Below are positions 20,510 to 30,506 of a stretch of DNA of 64,000 nucleotides, in pieces. The notes beneath the pieces are model-generated. The model did not search any database. It worked only from the letters and a program-made list of their open reading frames with translations, and was not told the origin of the DNA. The stretch comes from Candidatus Latescibacterota bacterium (GTDB lineage: Bacteria; Latescibacterota; UBA2968): assembly GCA_965222605.1 (NCBI GenBank), contig OZ244960.1, positions 1,664,001-1,728,000 of the forward strand, read 5' to 3'. Position numbers and translations under genes: made by a program. Positions within the stretch are counted from its first letter, which is position 1; each line of letters starts with the position of its first letter.

Positions 20510-21457
20510 TCACCGCCGCACCGCCATCAAAACAAATCCAAAAAACACCCAAAAAATTTTCCGAATGCGCCGAATCAATGCAACGCCCAATCCCAATTCG
20601 GGTGTCAACCCCAACAATTGAAAAAGAAACACATGCCCGCTCTCAAAAACACCGACACCAGATGGAATAAAGAAAAACGCCGTATTGATAATCAACGCCA
20701 AAGACACAAACAAAAATGCGGTCAAAAAGGGTTGTGGCTGCCCCAACAAGTTGAGAATCGCATACACTTCAAAAGTTCCCAAAACCCAACTCAGCATGTG
20801 CAACGCCATACACAGCCAGAACCCCAGGCGATTCTGCTGGTAAAATGCCGCAATCGTCCGATCAACTTCTTCAAATTTTTCACGCCTCGACTCCAAAAAA
20901 GAGAGACGCAACTTTTTTAAAATATCCAGCATCCATACAGACGCCCGTTGGCGCTGAGACACATAAGCCGCCACAATCCCCACCGTACCCAACACCAGGG
21001 CAACCCCCAATCCAATCTGCACTTCTACTGGAAGTGAAAACATACCCACAGCCAACCCCGTGCCAACCAGCGCGAAAACCAGGCCGCTCACCATTTCAAC
21101 CGTCTTATTGATCACCAGAGAGGGTACGCCCTGCGTCACAGAAACCCGATCGCGCAACATATACGCTTTGGCCAACTCACCGCCCACATGGGAAGCCGGT
21201 GTGACATTGCCAACAGCTTCTCCCGACAACTTTGTGCAAAAAAGTGACCAAAAATGAGGCCGATCGCCATCAAAACACATCGCCCAGGCCCACGTATTGC
21301 TCACATGCCAGCCCAATGCAATGAGCAAAACAGGTACATAGCCCCAACCCATCTGTCGCACTTGCGACCATGCGGCCATAATCCCAACCTCGTAAATTAA
21401 CACCGCCAGCAGTGTTAACCCAATTCCCCAGAACATCACTCTGCGCGCAGTTCTCAT
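20510..21457 (-). CDS. Lysylphosphatidylglycerol synthase TM / flippase-like membrane protein
   Basis: TPASHVGGELAK, FFIPSGVGVFE, LIRRIR. Confidence 0.85.
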   Translation of the reverse strand: MRTARRVMFWGIGLTLLAVLIYEVGIMAAWSQVRQMGWGYVPVLLIALGWHVSNTWAWAMCFDGDRPHFWSLFCTKLSGEAVGNVTPASHVGGELAKAYMLRDRVSVTQGVPSLVINKTVEMVSGLVFALVGTGLAVGMFSLPVEVQIGLGVALVLGTVGIVAAYVSQRQRASVWMLDILKKLRLSFLESRREKFEEVDRTIAAFYQQNRLGFWLCMALHMLSWVLGTFEVYAILNLLGQPQPFLTAFLFVSLALIINTAFFFIPSGVGVFESGHVFLFQLLGLTPELGLGVALIRRIRKIFWVFFGFVLMAVRR

Positions 21458-21477
21458 TCACTATCTATCCCAAAAGA

Positions 21478-21503
21478 AACGGCGACCAAAATGCGCCGCC
21501 GTT
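21478..21503 (-). terminator. Possible weak terminator hairpin after the TPR-PPIase gene
   Basis: AACGGCG...CGCCGTT inverted repeat followed by TCTTTT on the minus strand. Confidence 0.35.
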
Positions 21504-21530
21504 CGTCAAAAAATATCTTCTAAAACACCG

Positions 21531-23039
21531 TCAATTAATCCGCATAATCACGTGATAGCCCAGAGGGGTTTTGATAATCCCGCTGACTTCATTGGGTTTG
21601 AGCTTCATCACTGCGGCTTCAAAATCTGGGTGCAAATCGCCCTTAGAAAAAAATCCCGTGCTTCCGCCATTTTCTTTTGAAGGATCAACAGAATAACTCC
21701 TCGCCAAAGCGGCAAAATCTTCTCCGGATTTGAGCTTGTTCAAAATTTCCTGAGCCTCAATTTCCGTCTTCACCAGAATATGCCGCACCCGCATCTTGCC
21801 CGCCTGAATCGACTTAATAATATCCAGATTGCCCTGTGCATCGCGCAGCGTATTGGCATCCTTGCTCTCTGCCATTGCCGTTTCATACGCTCTTCGCGCC
21901 TTGTCAAAATCTCCCCGAGACGAATAAATAAACCCCAAATTGTTGTGAACCTCGGCATCTTTGGGATCAATCGCCAATGCCTTCTCGTAAATCACACCCG
22001 CAGAATCGACCTTCTCTTCGCCCAAATACAGCAATGCCAACCGTTTATAGGGCGCAATCCACCTGGGCGCGCGCGAGATACAGGTCAACAGTTCGGCCTT
22101 GCCCTGTGCAATATCGCCCCTGGCCACATACACTTCCGCCAGCCGAAATCGCACCAAATTGCCATCGGGCGCGCGCTCCAAAATGCCCAGCATCTCGCCA
22201 ATACTGGCGTCAAATTTACCTCTGGCCGCGTACAACTGGGCAAGTGCATCGCGCACCTCGAGATCATCGGGAGCGAGATCGCGCACCTTTTCCCATGCTG
22301 TCTGTGCCATATCCAAAGAATCCACTTCTGCACCCATAAAACCGAGCGCGCGATATACCGACGGATCTTCTGGCGCAGCAGCAACAGCTTGTCGATATGC
22401 CGCAAAAGCCTTCTGCGTCATCCCCAGCGCGTGAAAAACCCCACCTCGATTGACCATCAACATCACATTGCCCGGATTGGCAGCAAGACCGCGATCCATG
22501 GCGGCGATTGCATTGAGTGTATCTCCAACCGCAATGTGGGTCAGCGCCAGAGATTGATACACCTCAATAAAATCGGGACGGCGTTTGAGTGCCGCTTCAA
22601 AATCGGCAATAGCTTCTTTGGGCTTGCCCAGATCGCCATTGAGAGATGCGCGCTCTGCCAGAAGCAAAGCGGGTTCATCGCTTTGTCCAATACCCCGATT
22701 CAGCGCAGAAAGAGCCTGAGAAAATTTGCCTTGCCGGGCGAACACCAGCGCCAGATCGCGATATCCTCGAACAGAACTCGGTTTTATCTCCACGACCTTT
22801 TGAAAAGCGGCTGCAGCAGCGTCCATCTGTCCGGCCTCTGCGTAAAGCGTACCCAAAAAACCGTGCGCTGCCATACTATCGGCATGTGCCTCGACAAAAG
22901 CGCGCGCCACCTCGAGAGCGTCGTCAATTTTGCCGTCGCTATAATGCGCCTCAATCTCTTTCAAAAAGTCCCGCGCATCCACAACCGGGGCCTGAAAAAA
23001 TATCATACCCCATACAAAACACAGCATCCTCCGTTTCAA
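21531..23039 (-). CDS. Exported TPR-repeat protein with C-terminal parvulin (PpiC) PPIase domain
   Basis: Multiple TPRs; VRHILVK, FAALARSYSVDPSKENGG, IIKTPLGYHVI; TTG start after GGAGG. Confidence 0.88.
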   Translation of the reverse strand: MKRRMLCFVWGMIFFQAPVVDARDFLKEIEAHYSDGKIDDALEVARAFVEAHADSMAAHGFLGTLYAEAGQMDAAAAAFQKVVEIKPSSVRGYRDLALVFARQGKFSQALSALNRGIGQSDEPALLLAERASLNGDLGKPKEAIADFEAALKRRPDFIEVYQSLALTHIAVGDTLNAIAAMDRGLAANPGNVMLMVNRGGVFHALGMTQKAFAAYRQAVAAAPEDPSVYRALGFMGAEVDSLDMAQTAWEKVRDLAPDDLEVRDALAQLYAARGKFDASIGEMLGILERAPDGNLVRFRLAEVYVARGDIAQGKAELLTCISRAPRWIAPYKRLALLYLGEEKVDSAGVIYEKALAIDPKDAEVHNNLGFIYSSRGDFDKARRAYETAMAESKDANTLRDAQGNLDIIKSIQAGKMRVRHILVKTEIEAQEILNKLKSGEDFAALARSYSVDPSKENGGSTGFFSKGDLHPDFEAAVMKLKPNEVSGIIKTPLGYHVIMRIN

Positions 23040-23055
23040 AATTTGACCTCCATCC

Positions 23056-23084
23056 TTGACAACATCAATACAACACAATATACT
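23056..23084 (+). promoter_or_regulatory. Near-consensus sigma-70 promoter
   Basis: TTGACA-N17-TATACT. Confidence 0.7.
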
Positions 23085-23090
23085 CACTTT

Positions 23091-23130
23091 TTGTATCTTT
23101 GCATCTTTGTGTCTTCATGTCTTTGTGTGA
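23091..23130 (+). repeat. Degenerate 8-bp tandem repeat x5
   Basis: ttgtatct ttgcatct ttgtgtct tcatgtct ttgtgtga. Confidence 0.7.
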
Positions 23131-23150
23131 GACCCTCTCACTTTTCACCT

Positions 23151-23711
23151 ATGAAAAATATCAAACAAAACGCCGTTCCACTCATAGCCTTTCTAATCGC
23201 GGGAAGCACAGCGATACTCGCTTACGACCACTTGCCCTACGTGATTCCCTTTGTGGTCTTTAAGTATCCCATCGCCATTGTCGTACTCTACGCATTTTTT
23301 CACCTCATCGCTTATGCAGAGCGTCGCCGCAGTGCCCAACTCGACGAAGTGGGCTTGCTTCGGCCCTTGCGCGATGGCGCATTCCTCGTATGCCTGCACG
23401 CACACCTGCGCGACCTCGGTATAGACCTGAGCCTTTTATCGTCGGCATCCAGCATACACCTCGCCCTGTTATCATGGGCAGTCGCCCTCATCGGATATTA
23501 TGCCATTGAGCAACCCGGCGGACTACCCGGTCGCTTAATCAATATCCTGTCCTCTTCTGCTACGCGCATCACAGTCTGCCGCGGACTCATCATCTCGGGA
23601 CTTCTGGGCGTGATCGGCACATTCGCGGCAATCGCGCAGCCTCTCTGGCTTGGCCTACCCCTGCTTCTGGTATTCATTCGCGCCTATCAGCGGTCCGGAG
23701 ACGGATCGTGA
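23151..23711 (+). CDS. Hypothetical membrane protein
   Basis: Hydrophobic 3' part (186 aa) of the 21780..23711 ORF, downstream of the promoter; GTGA-coupled to the EamA gene. Confidence 0.7.
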   Translation: MKNIKQNAVPLIAFLIAGSTAILAYDHLPYVIPFVVFKYPIAIVVLYAFFHLIAYAERRRSAQLDEVGLLRPLRDGAFLVCLHAHLRDLGIDLSLLSSASSIHLALLSWAVALIGYYAIEQPGGLPGRLINILSSSATRITVCRGLIISGLLGVIGTFAAIAQPLWLGLPLLLVFIRAYQRSGDGS

Positions 23712-24592
23712 ACGTACAGAATGAACGCCTCAACACCCGCGCCGCCCTGCTCAACCTCTTGACAGCAATCCTCTGGGGCGGAAATTCCGTATCCATCAAA
23801 ATGGGACTATCTGGTATTCCGCCGCTTTGCCTGGCTGGCATGCGTTTTTTTCTCGGCGGACTCGTCGTCTATATTTGGACGCGCCCCCTGAAACTCGACC
23901 TGAAACTCAAACGCAACGAGCGGCGAAGCATTGTCGGCCTCATTTTTCTCTTTCTCACGCAAATCTACCTGCTCAATGCGGGAACTGCTTACACCCTCGC
24001 CAGCCGCTCGACCATCTTTATTTCGGCCTATCCCTTCTTCACCGCCTCGTTTGCACACATCTTTATACCGGGCGATAAAATCAGCACACGCAAAATGATC
24101 GGCATGGTATTGTCTTTTCTCGGCGTCGTGCTCATATTTGCCGAAAGCCTATCACTTGGCGAATATCAACATCTCCTGGGCGACATCCTCGTGATCGCAA
24201 GTGCCGCTCTGCTCGGTGCCCGCCAGGTTTATCTCAAGCGTCTCACCCAGAACATGCACCCCGGAAAAGTCTTGATCTGGCAATCCGCACCCAGCGTACC
24301 CATCTTTTTTCTTCTCAGCGCGCTTTTTGAAACACAGGCTATCCAACTCGATATCCGCGTCCTGAGTGCCGTTCTTTATCAGGGGCTTGTCGTCGCGGGC
24401 TTCTGCTTTATCCTCCTCACCAGCCTGCTAAAACGCTATTCGGCCAGCCGCCTCTCTGTTTTTGGATTTATCACCCCAATTGTCGGCGTCGTCATCAGCA
24501 ATTTCCTCCTTGGCGACCCCATCTCACCCATCATCCTCCTCAGCCTCGTACTCGTGGGCATCGGCATCACCATTGTCAATACGTCACAGTGA
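23708..24592 (+). CDS. DMT/EamA family transporter
   Basis: About 10 TM; LWGGN, PPL.LAGMRF, P.V.....LLGD. Confidence 0.9.
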   Translation: MNVQNERLNTRAALLNLLTAILWGGNSVSIKMGLSGIPPLCLAGMRFFLGGLVVYIWTRPLKLDLKLKRNERRSIVGLIFLFLTQIYLLNAGTAYTLASRSTIFISAYPFFTASFAHIFIPGDKISTRKMIGMVLSFLGVVLIFAESLSLGEYQHLLGDILVIASAALLGARQVYLKRLTQNMHPGKVLIWQSAPSVPIFFLLSALFETQAIQLDIRVLSAVLYQGLVVAGFCFILLTSLLKRYSASRLSVFGFITPIVGVVISNFLLGDPISPIILLSLVLVGIGITIVNTSQ

Positions 24593-24672
24593 GTCTCTCC
24601 CAAACGAACAGCCCATCAATTTAGGCGGTCTCATTATACGCCGCAAGAAAAAACTGGTTTCAGCTTCAGAAT

Positions 24673-26055
24673 CTAAGTTTTGATCCGAATATCCGGCAAC
24701 TCAAAATCATCGCCCGTGTCTTCAATCCACTGTGCGAGGCGCTTGTGGCACCTCTCCTTCTCCTTCTGAAAAGCTTTGTTATAAACGTAATTCGCCTGTT
24801 CGCATGGATCATCCGCTGTATTAAAAAGCAACCAATCATTCCCCGGTGTACAGGCGTATTTCCACCCATCTCGCATCACCACAGCCCGCCACGCCTTGTT
24901 TACAGTGTGCGAATGCATCTTTCGGGGAATCTGCTGCAAATATGCCGAATCGGGTTCTGCATTTCTATCGGGTTTGCCCTTGAACTCGGCGGCATTGCTG
25001 GAAATACAATGACCCGAATAATCGTGCCCGACCATGCCCTCGGGAACGGGAATACCACAAAGTCCCAGAGTAGTAGGTGCAATATCGACGTGATTGATAA
25101 CCGCATCGGTAGATCCCGTATTCATATTAGAACCGCCCCCCACTTTGCCGATAATAAACGGAATGCGGATCGACTCTTCCCACGGCGATGATTTGCCAGT
25201 CTGCGCGTGGCTCCACAGCATATCGCCGTGATCGGAAAAGAAAATCACATAAGTCTCCCGATCAACACCCATATCTTTGAGAGCCATGCGAATCCGCCCC
25301 ACATTGTAATCCAGATTTTCTACCATCGCGTAATATCCCGCATGATCCAGGGCTGCCCGCTCGCGGATCCAGGGAACATCTGGCACATTGCGCCGAAGCT
25401 GAATATCCGACGGATGAATCCGAGGCGCACCGCGATCCGGATTGGTGGGCGGCACATAGGGATTGTGCGGCGGCTGCACCGAAAGCACGGAAAAAAACGG
25501 CTGATAGTCTTCTTTATCACCCACATGATCCGCGAGATGGTCTAATAACAGCGAGGTCAGGTTATCGGTTTCGTATCCAGCCAAACGCTGGGGCGTTTCG
25601 CCCTCCGAACCATAAACATAGCACTCGTTCTGATTATTATTGTTCTCATACCCCATCCAGTACTGAAAATTCCCCCTGCGCTCGGGAGGAACATAGTTCT
25701 CCCGAGCATTGGACCCATCCAAATGCCACTTGCCGATATATGCCGTGTGATACCCCGCATCATTAAAAGGCATGGCAACGGTCGGAATCGCCGGATCCAG
25801 CGGAGACGGCGTCTGCGTCACGCCATTCTGATGCGGATAAGTACCCGTCATTAGCGCACCGCGAAAAGGCGAGCACCACGGCGCACCGGCCACCGCGCAA
25901 TCAAAGCGCAGGCCTTCACGCGCGAGATTGTCGATATTCGGCGTAAACACATTGGGATCGCCTCGATAACTCAATGCATGCGCGCGGTGCTGATCGCCAA
26001 AAACCCAGATCACATTGGGTCTGCGAACAGGGCGAAACGAAAATTGCTCATTCAT
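24673..26055 (-). CDS. Sulfatase (Cys-type formylglycine)
   Basis: DQHR, CSPFRGALMTG, GKWHL, PPHNPY, FSDHG. Confidence 0.93.
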   Translation of the reverse strand: MNEQFSFRPVRRPNVIWVFGDQHRAHALSYRGDPNVFTPNIDNLAREGLRFDCAVAGAPWCSPFRGALMTGTYPHQNGVTQTPSPLDPAIPTVAMPFNDAGYHTAYIGKWHLDGSNARENYVPPERRGNFQYWMGYENNNNQNECYVYGSEGETPQRLAGYETDNLTSLLLDHLADHVGDKEDYQPFFSVLSVQPPHNPYVPPTNPDRGAPRIHPSDIQLRRNVPDVPWIRERAALDHAGYYAMVENLDYNVGRIRMALKDMGVDRETYVIFFSDHGDMLWSHAQTGKSSPWEESIRIPFIIGKVGGGSNMNTGSTDAVINHVDIAPTTLGLCGIPVPEGMVGHDYSGHCISSNAAEFKGKPDRNAEPDSAYLQQIPRKMHSHTVNKAWRAVVMRDGWKYACTPGNDWLLFNTADDPCEQANYVYNKAFQKEKERCHKRLAQWIEDTGDDFELPDIRIKT

Positions 26056-26068
26056 CGTAAAAACCTCT

Positions 26069-28603
26069 CTAATGCTCGTGCCCATGATCGTGCAAGGGCG
26101 TATGGTCGTGATAAATACCTTGCTTGTGCATCTGCTGATGCAAGCGATTGTGCGCGGCCTCCAGCGTAGCGCGCATCTGTTTCAGGCGCCTCGCCTCAGG
26201 TCGCGGCGCGAGCGTATCCAGATAGGCAATTGCCCCTTCGATCTGTTCCAAAACCGTCGTAGCATCCGCCTGTGAAAAAATCGGTTTCTCCGCCACAACC
26301 ACCTGCACAGCACTCGTATGTGCGGCAATCTCGCCGTGCTGTCCCTTATAACTTCCACGCACCCGAAGTGCAATCCACGTCGAATCCTCCACCCTCACCT
26401 CTGCACTCCCCGACGCCACCAGACCCTTATCCACATTCACCTGCTCATGCGTCAGCCCGCCCACAACGATCTCGACCTGATCAATCGGCAACCGCACCGA
26501 CGCCACTTCCCACGTCACATTGACCGTCCCACCAGAAGCTGGCAATTCCACCCGTGAGCCGGGAGCCTTCCCCTCCACCTGAATTTCTGCCAGAGGTCCC
26601 ACCGTCACAAACGTATGACCCGCTTTTGTCGCCGCCATCCAGTTTTCATAGCTAAACTCGCGATCTTTCAAATGCGTATAAGTACGCACCCCGCCGAGCT
26701 GCGACGCAGCCGCCATCTTATCCGACCCGCCCACAACCGGTATGTGGTATCCCAAATTCAAATAGCGATACCAATCGGCAATCCCATAGGGATTGATCTG
26801 AGCATTGTGCGGATTAAACGTCATCATCTCCATCGCGTGGATCAGACCCAGCACAATATCTGCTGCGCGTTCACACTGTGGATTTGGACCGTGCGGCATC
26901 ACCACCAACCCACCCTGATCAATGCACTGTTGCGCCCACTCGGCCATCGTGACTTCCTGCGCGTCGCCCAGTGCGGATTCCGACGGCCCGCCCGAACACA
27001 GCGGATGAATCATAAGTCCCGAATAGCCCAACAGCGAAATATGCCCGAGCACCTGCATGCGATTCTCGGTTCCAACGCGCACGAGAAACTCGCCATCCCC
27101 ACCAAAATCCCGCGCGCCAAAGGTCGTTTTCCCATCAAAATCCGACACATTGCTGAACATTTCACCCCACTGGCTCGCCAGCAAATTCACCACATTCACG
27201 CCCTCGCCCTCGCCTTCCAGACGCGCAGTTTGCGGACTCAAAAAATGCACATGCGTATCGGCCGTCACCCAACCCTTTTCCCGCCACTTGAGCACGCGGT
27301 CAATTTCAAATGTTACCACATCAGTATCGGGCCCAACCGTGAACTTTTCGCGGATCGGCGCAATCTCATATCCCTTCTGAATATCGATATACACCTCGCC
27401 CAAAGGCAAGTCTGCCACGCATTCTCCCGGGATATAACAATACTGATTCAATCCATTGATATGTTCGCCGTAATTATCCTCAAACCAGTGCGGGTTCACC
27501 TTGCGATGATACCCCTTCGGCGGCAAATATTCCCCAGCCTCGCCGTGCATGTGCAACCGCACAGCAACCGGCATTTCTGTTCCTTTCTCCACCACGCGAA
27601 TTGCGACCGGACGATGTGCGGGTCGCACCTCGACAATCTCCCTTGCATCTGTTAGCTCGTAAACACCCCCTTCTACACCCACGTAAAGCCTCGCCTGCGG
27701 GTGTGCGATATACTCGACAACCACAGTGGAAGAAGACCGCGCGGGCTGTACATCCACATCTGCGCTCAACCAGCGTTCCGCATCGTAATCCAGCACAGCC
27801 CGCGCCGACATCACCACGCCCAGATCAATATCTATATCTTCAACCTCGCCATTTCCGTTCAAACGCGCGCGCTCGGGCAATTCCAACTTCAATTTTTGGC
27901 GCACACCCGGTCGCAACGGATGATCAACGACCCGTGTGTGCGTTATCCCCAGCACCAGCGACCGCTCATTTTTAGGAATGAGCTTCAGATGCCGAATGGG
28001 TTTTTCCGGATTGGGATTGGGCAGCGCATAAACCCACAGCTTTATGCGCCCGCCATCTCGCCCCGAACTGTGCCGCGTCTCGGCGCGCCCATAAGCCGAT
28101 GCAGGACGCCGTCCCAGACCGTGTTCATCCGTTGCACCCATCACAATCCCTGGTTTCGCCGCAGGCATCGCTGCAAACGCACTTGCCCCCCACGAAATAC
28201 GGGACTGCTGAATCGCAAACCGGCGCAAAATGCGCGTCGCCTCGGCCTCGCCATCTGCGTATTCCAGCACGTAATCCGATACGTGATCACCGAGTTCATT
28301 GCCATCCATAGCAAAATCGGCCAGCCCATCCTGATAATTACTCACGCGATTTTCGACCCCGTGTAAAAAAATCACATAGCTCGCCTTCACACCGCCCATG
28401 TCAACGCGCACAGCATCGCTGTCGAGCAATATACTGTTCGGCTCGCCTGGCGCACCCAGTTCAAAAGGCATGCCCAGAATAGACTGACCACCATACACCG
28501 CGCCCAAATCTTCGCCACCAAACCCATCCAATTGCACGCGATCCACATTGTAATTTTCCGCCAGCGAAATAGGCGTAAAATGTTCAGATGGAGGAATATT
28601 CAT
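26069..28603 (-). CDS. CehA/McbA-family (PHP-fold) metallohydrolase with N-terminal extension
   Basis: GWVTADTHVH, ENR..LGH, VMPH, WYRYLN.G...GGSD. Confidence 0.78.
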   Translation of the reverse strand: MNIPPSEHFTPISLAENYNVDRVQLDGFGGEDLGAVYGGQSILGMPFELGAPGEPNSILLDSDAVRVDMGGVKASYVIFLHGVENRVSNYQDGLADFAMDGNELGDHVSDYVLEYADGEAEATRILRRFAIQQSRISWGASAFAAMPAAKPGIVMGATDEHGLGRRPASAYGRAETRHSSGRDGGRIKLWVYALPNPNPEKPIRHLKLIPKNERSLVLGITHTRVVDHPLRPGVRQKLKLELPERARLNGNGEVEDIDIDLGVVMSARAVLDYDAERWLSADVDVQPARSSSTVVVEYIAHPQARLYVGVEGGVYELTDAREIVEVRPAHRPVAIRVVEKGTEMPVAVRLHMHGEAGEYLPPKGYHRKVNPHWFEDNYGEHINGLNQYCYIPGECVADLPLGEVYIDIQKGYEIAPIREKFTVGPDTDVVTFEIDRVLKWREKGWVTADTHVHFLSPQTARLEGEGEGVNVVNLLASQWGEMFSNVSDFDGKTTFGARDFGGDGEFLVRVGTENRMQVLGHISLLGYSGLMIHPLCSGGPSESALGDAQEVTMAEWAQQCIDQGGLVVMPHGPNPQCERAADIVLGLIHAMEMMTFNPHNAQINPYGIADWYRYLNLGYHIPVVGGSDKMAAASQLGGVRTYTHLKDREFSYENWMAATKAGHTFVTVGPLAEIQVEGKAPGSRVELPASGGTVNVTWEVASVRLPIDQVEIVVGGLTHEQVNVDKGLVASGSAEVRVEDSTWIALRVRGSYKGQHGEIAAHTSAVQVVVAEKPIFSQADATTVLEQIEGAIAYLDTLAPRPEARRLKQMRATLEAAHNRLHQQMHKQGIYHDHTPLHDHGHEH

Positions 28604-28615
28604 AATGCACCTCGT

Positions 28616-30484
28616 CTATAAGAAATACCGCTCATTTTTTACCATAACTTCAAACTCCTCTCTCGCCTTCTGTACCTCTTCCACCGTCGAAACCTCGGCA
28701 ACCGGCACATCCCACCAGCTCTCGTAGCCCGGCACGCGCACCTCGCGATCTACCTCCACCGCAATCACCGTCGTGCAATCCATCGTTCGCGCTTCTGCAA
28801 TCGCCCTCATCAACCCTTCTCTGCCTTCGGGCCGCAACACATAAGCACCCAAACTCTCGGCATTTGTCGCCAAATCGGTCGGCACATTCTCGCCATCTAA
28901 TTGCCCGGTCTGCTCATCGCGCATCCTGTACTCTGTCCCAAACTCATGCGCGCCCACAGCATCTGACAACCCCCCAATACTCGCAAATCCGTGATTGTCC
29001 AGCAAAACAATATTCAGCTTAATCCCTTCCTGCACCGCCGTCGCAATCTCCTGCGCCATCATCAAATACGATCCATCCCCAACCATCACATACACCTCCC
29101 GAGAAGGATCGGCCATCTTAATGCCCAACCCCCCGGCAATCTCGTATCCCATGCACGAATATCCATACTCGAGGTGGTATCCCTTGGGATTGCGCGTTCG
29201 CCACAACTTGTGAAGATCGCCCGGCATACTGCCCGCTGCACAAATCATGACATCCTCGGGTGCCGAACCCTCATTCACCGCACCAATCACTTCACCCTGA
29301 CTCAAAATGGGCCGATGCCCCAAATTGTAAATGCGATCTACTTCTGCCTCCCACGCCTCCCGAAATGCGGCAACCCGCTGTGTCAAATCCACCGGTACGC
29401 GATATCCCTGCACCGTTTCTGCAAGTTCCTCCAACACCACCCGCGCATCGCCCACCAGCGGCAGTGCCCCGTGTTTGGCCGCATCAAATTCCGCTACATT
29501 AATCGCGATAAATTTCACATCTGGATTTTGAAACGCCGTCTTTGAAGCCGTCGTAAAATCGCTCAATCGCGTGCCAATCGCGATCACCAAATCCGCTTCT
29601 CGCGCAACAATATTCGCCCCCGGTGTCCCCGTCACGCCCACCGCACCCAAATTATTGGCGTGGTCGTAATTAAGCGACCCTTTGCCCGCCTGTGTCTCGC
29701 CCACTGGAATACCCGTCTGCTCGACAAATGCCGCCAGCGCATCTGTTGCCTCGCTATACAATACCCCCCCACCCGCAATCACCACAGGTTGCACACTCTC
29801 CCGAATCCACGCCGCTGCTTTTGACACCAGATCGCGATCCGCCCGATTGCGCGGCACCACCCACACCCGTTTTTCAAACAACGCTTCGGGATAATCAAAC
29901 GCCTCTGTCTGCGTATCCTGCGGACAACACAGCGTCACAGCACCTGTCTCAACAGGCGAGGTCAAAACCCGCATCGCCTCGGGCAATGCCACAATCGCTT
30001 GATCTGCCCGATTCAACCGATCCCAGTACCGCGACACCGGCTTAAAACAATCATTCACAGAAATATCCTGCGACGCATTGGACTCCAACTGCTGCAACAC
30101 GGGTGCCACATTTCGCCGCGCAAAAATATCACCCGGCAGCAATAACACCGGCAAACGATTAATCGTCGCCGTCGCCGCACCCGTCACCATATTCGTCGCC
30201 CCCGGTCCAATCGATGTCGTACACGCCAATGTACCCAACCTATTTTTCATCTTGGCATAAGCCGCAGCCGTATGTACCATCGCCTGTTCATTGCGCGTCT
30301 GATAATATCGGAACTCATCGCGATACTGATGCAACGCCTGACCAATCCCGGCCACATTCCCATGTCCAAAAATACCCGACATCCCCGCAAAAAAGGGCTG
30401 TTCAACCCCATCGCGCGAAACGTACTGCGCCTTCAAAAACTGAACAATCGCCTGTGCCATTGTCAATCGTCGTGTCTTTGCCAT
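28616..30484 (-). CDS. iolD: 3D-(3,5/4)-trihydroxycyclohexane-1,2-dione acylhydrolase
   Basis: RLTMAQA, IFGHGNVAG, RNEQAM, YHLEYGYSCMGYE, GDGSYLM, YESWWDVPVAE. Confidence 0.95.
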   Translation of the reverse strand: MAKTRRLTMAQAIVQFLKAQYVSRDGVEQPFFAGMSGIFGHGNVAGIGQALHQYRDEFRYYQTRNEQAMVHTAAAYAKMKNRLGTLACTTSIGPGATNMVTGAATATINRLPVLLLPGDIFARRNVAPVLQQLESNASQDISVNDCFKPVSRYWDRLNRADQAIVALPEAMRVLTSPVETGAVTLCCPQDTQTEAFDYPEALFEKRVWVVPRNRADRDLVSKAAAWIRESVQPVVIAGGGVLYSEATDALAAFVEQTGIPVGETQAGKGSLNYDHANNLGAVGVTGTPGANIVAREADLVIAIGTRLSDFTTASKTAFQNPDVKFIAINVAEFDAAKHGALPLVGDARVVLEELAETVQGYRVPVDLTQRVAAFREAWEAEVDRIYNLGHRPILSQGEVIGAVNEGSAPEDVMICAAGSMPGDLHKLWRTRNPKGYHLEYGYSCMGYEIAGGLGIKMADPSREVYVMVGDGSYLMMAQEIATAVQEGIKLNIVLLDNHGFASIGGLSDAVGAHEFGTEYRMRDEQTGQLDGENVPTDLATNAESLGAYVLRPEGREGLMRAIAEARTMDCTTVIAVEVDREVRVPGYESWWDVPVAEVSTVEEVQKAREEFEVMVKNERYFL

Positions 30485-30506
30485 CTTATCCCTCGTGTTG
30501 AGATAT

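Noticed and set aside
21780-23150. N-terminal part of the 643-aa plus-strand ORF
   Set aside because: Antisense to the TPR-PPIase gene; the promoter at 23056 and ATG at 23151 define the real gene
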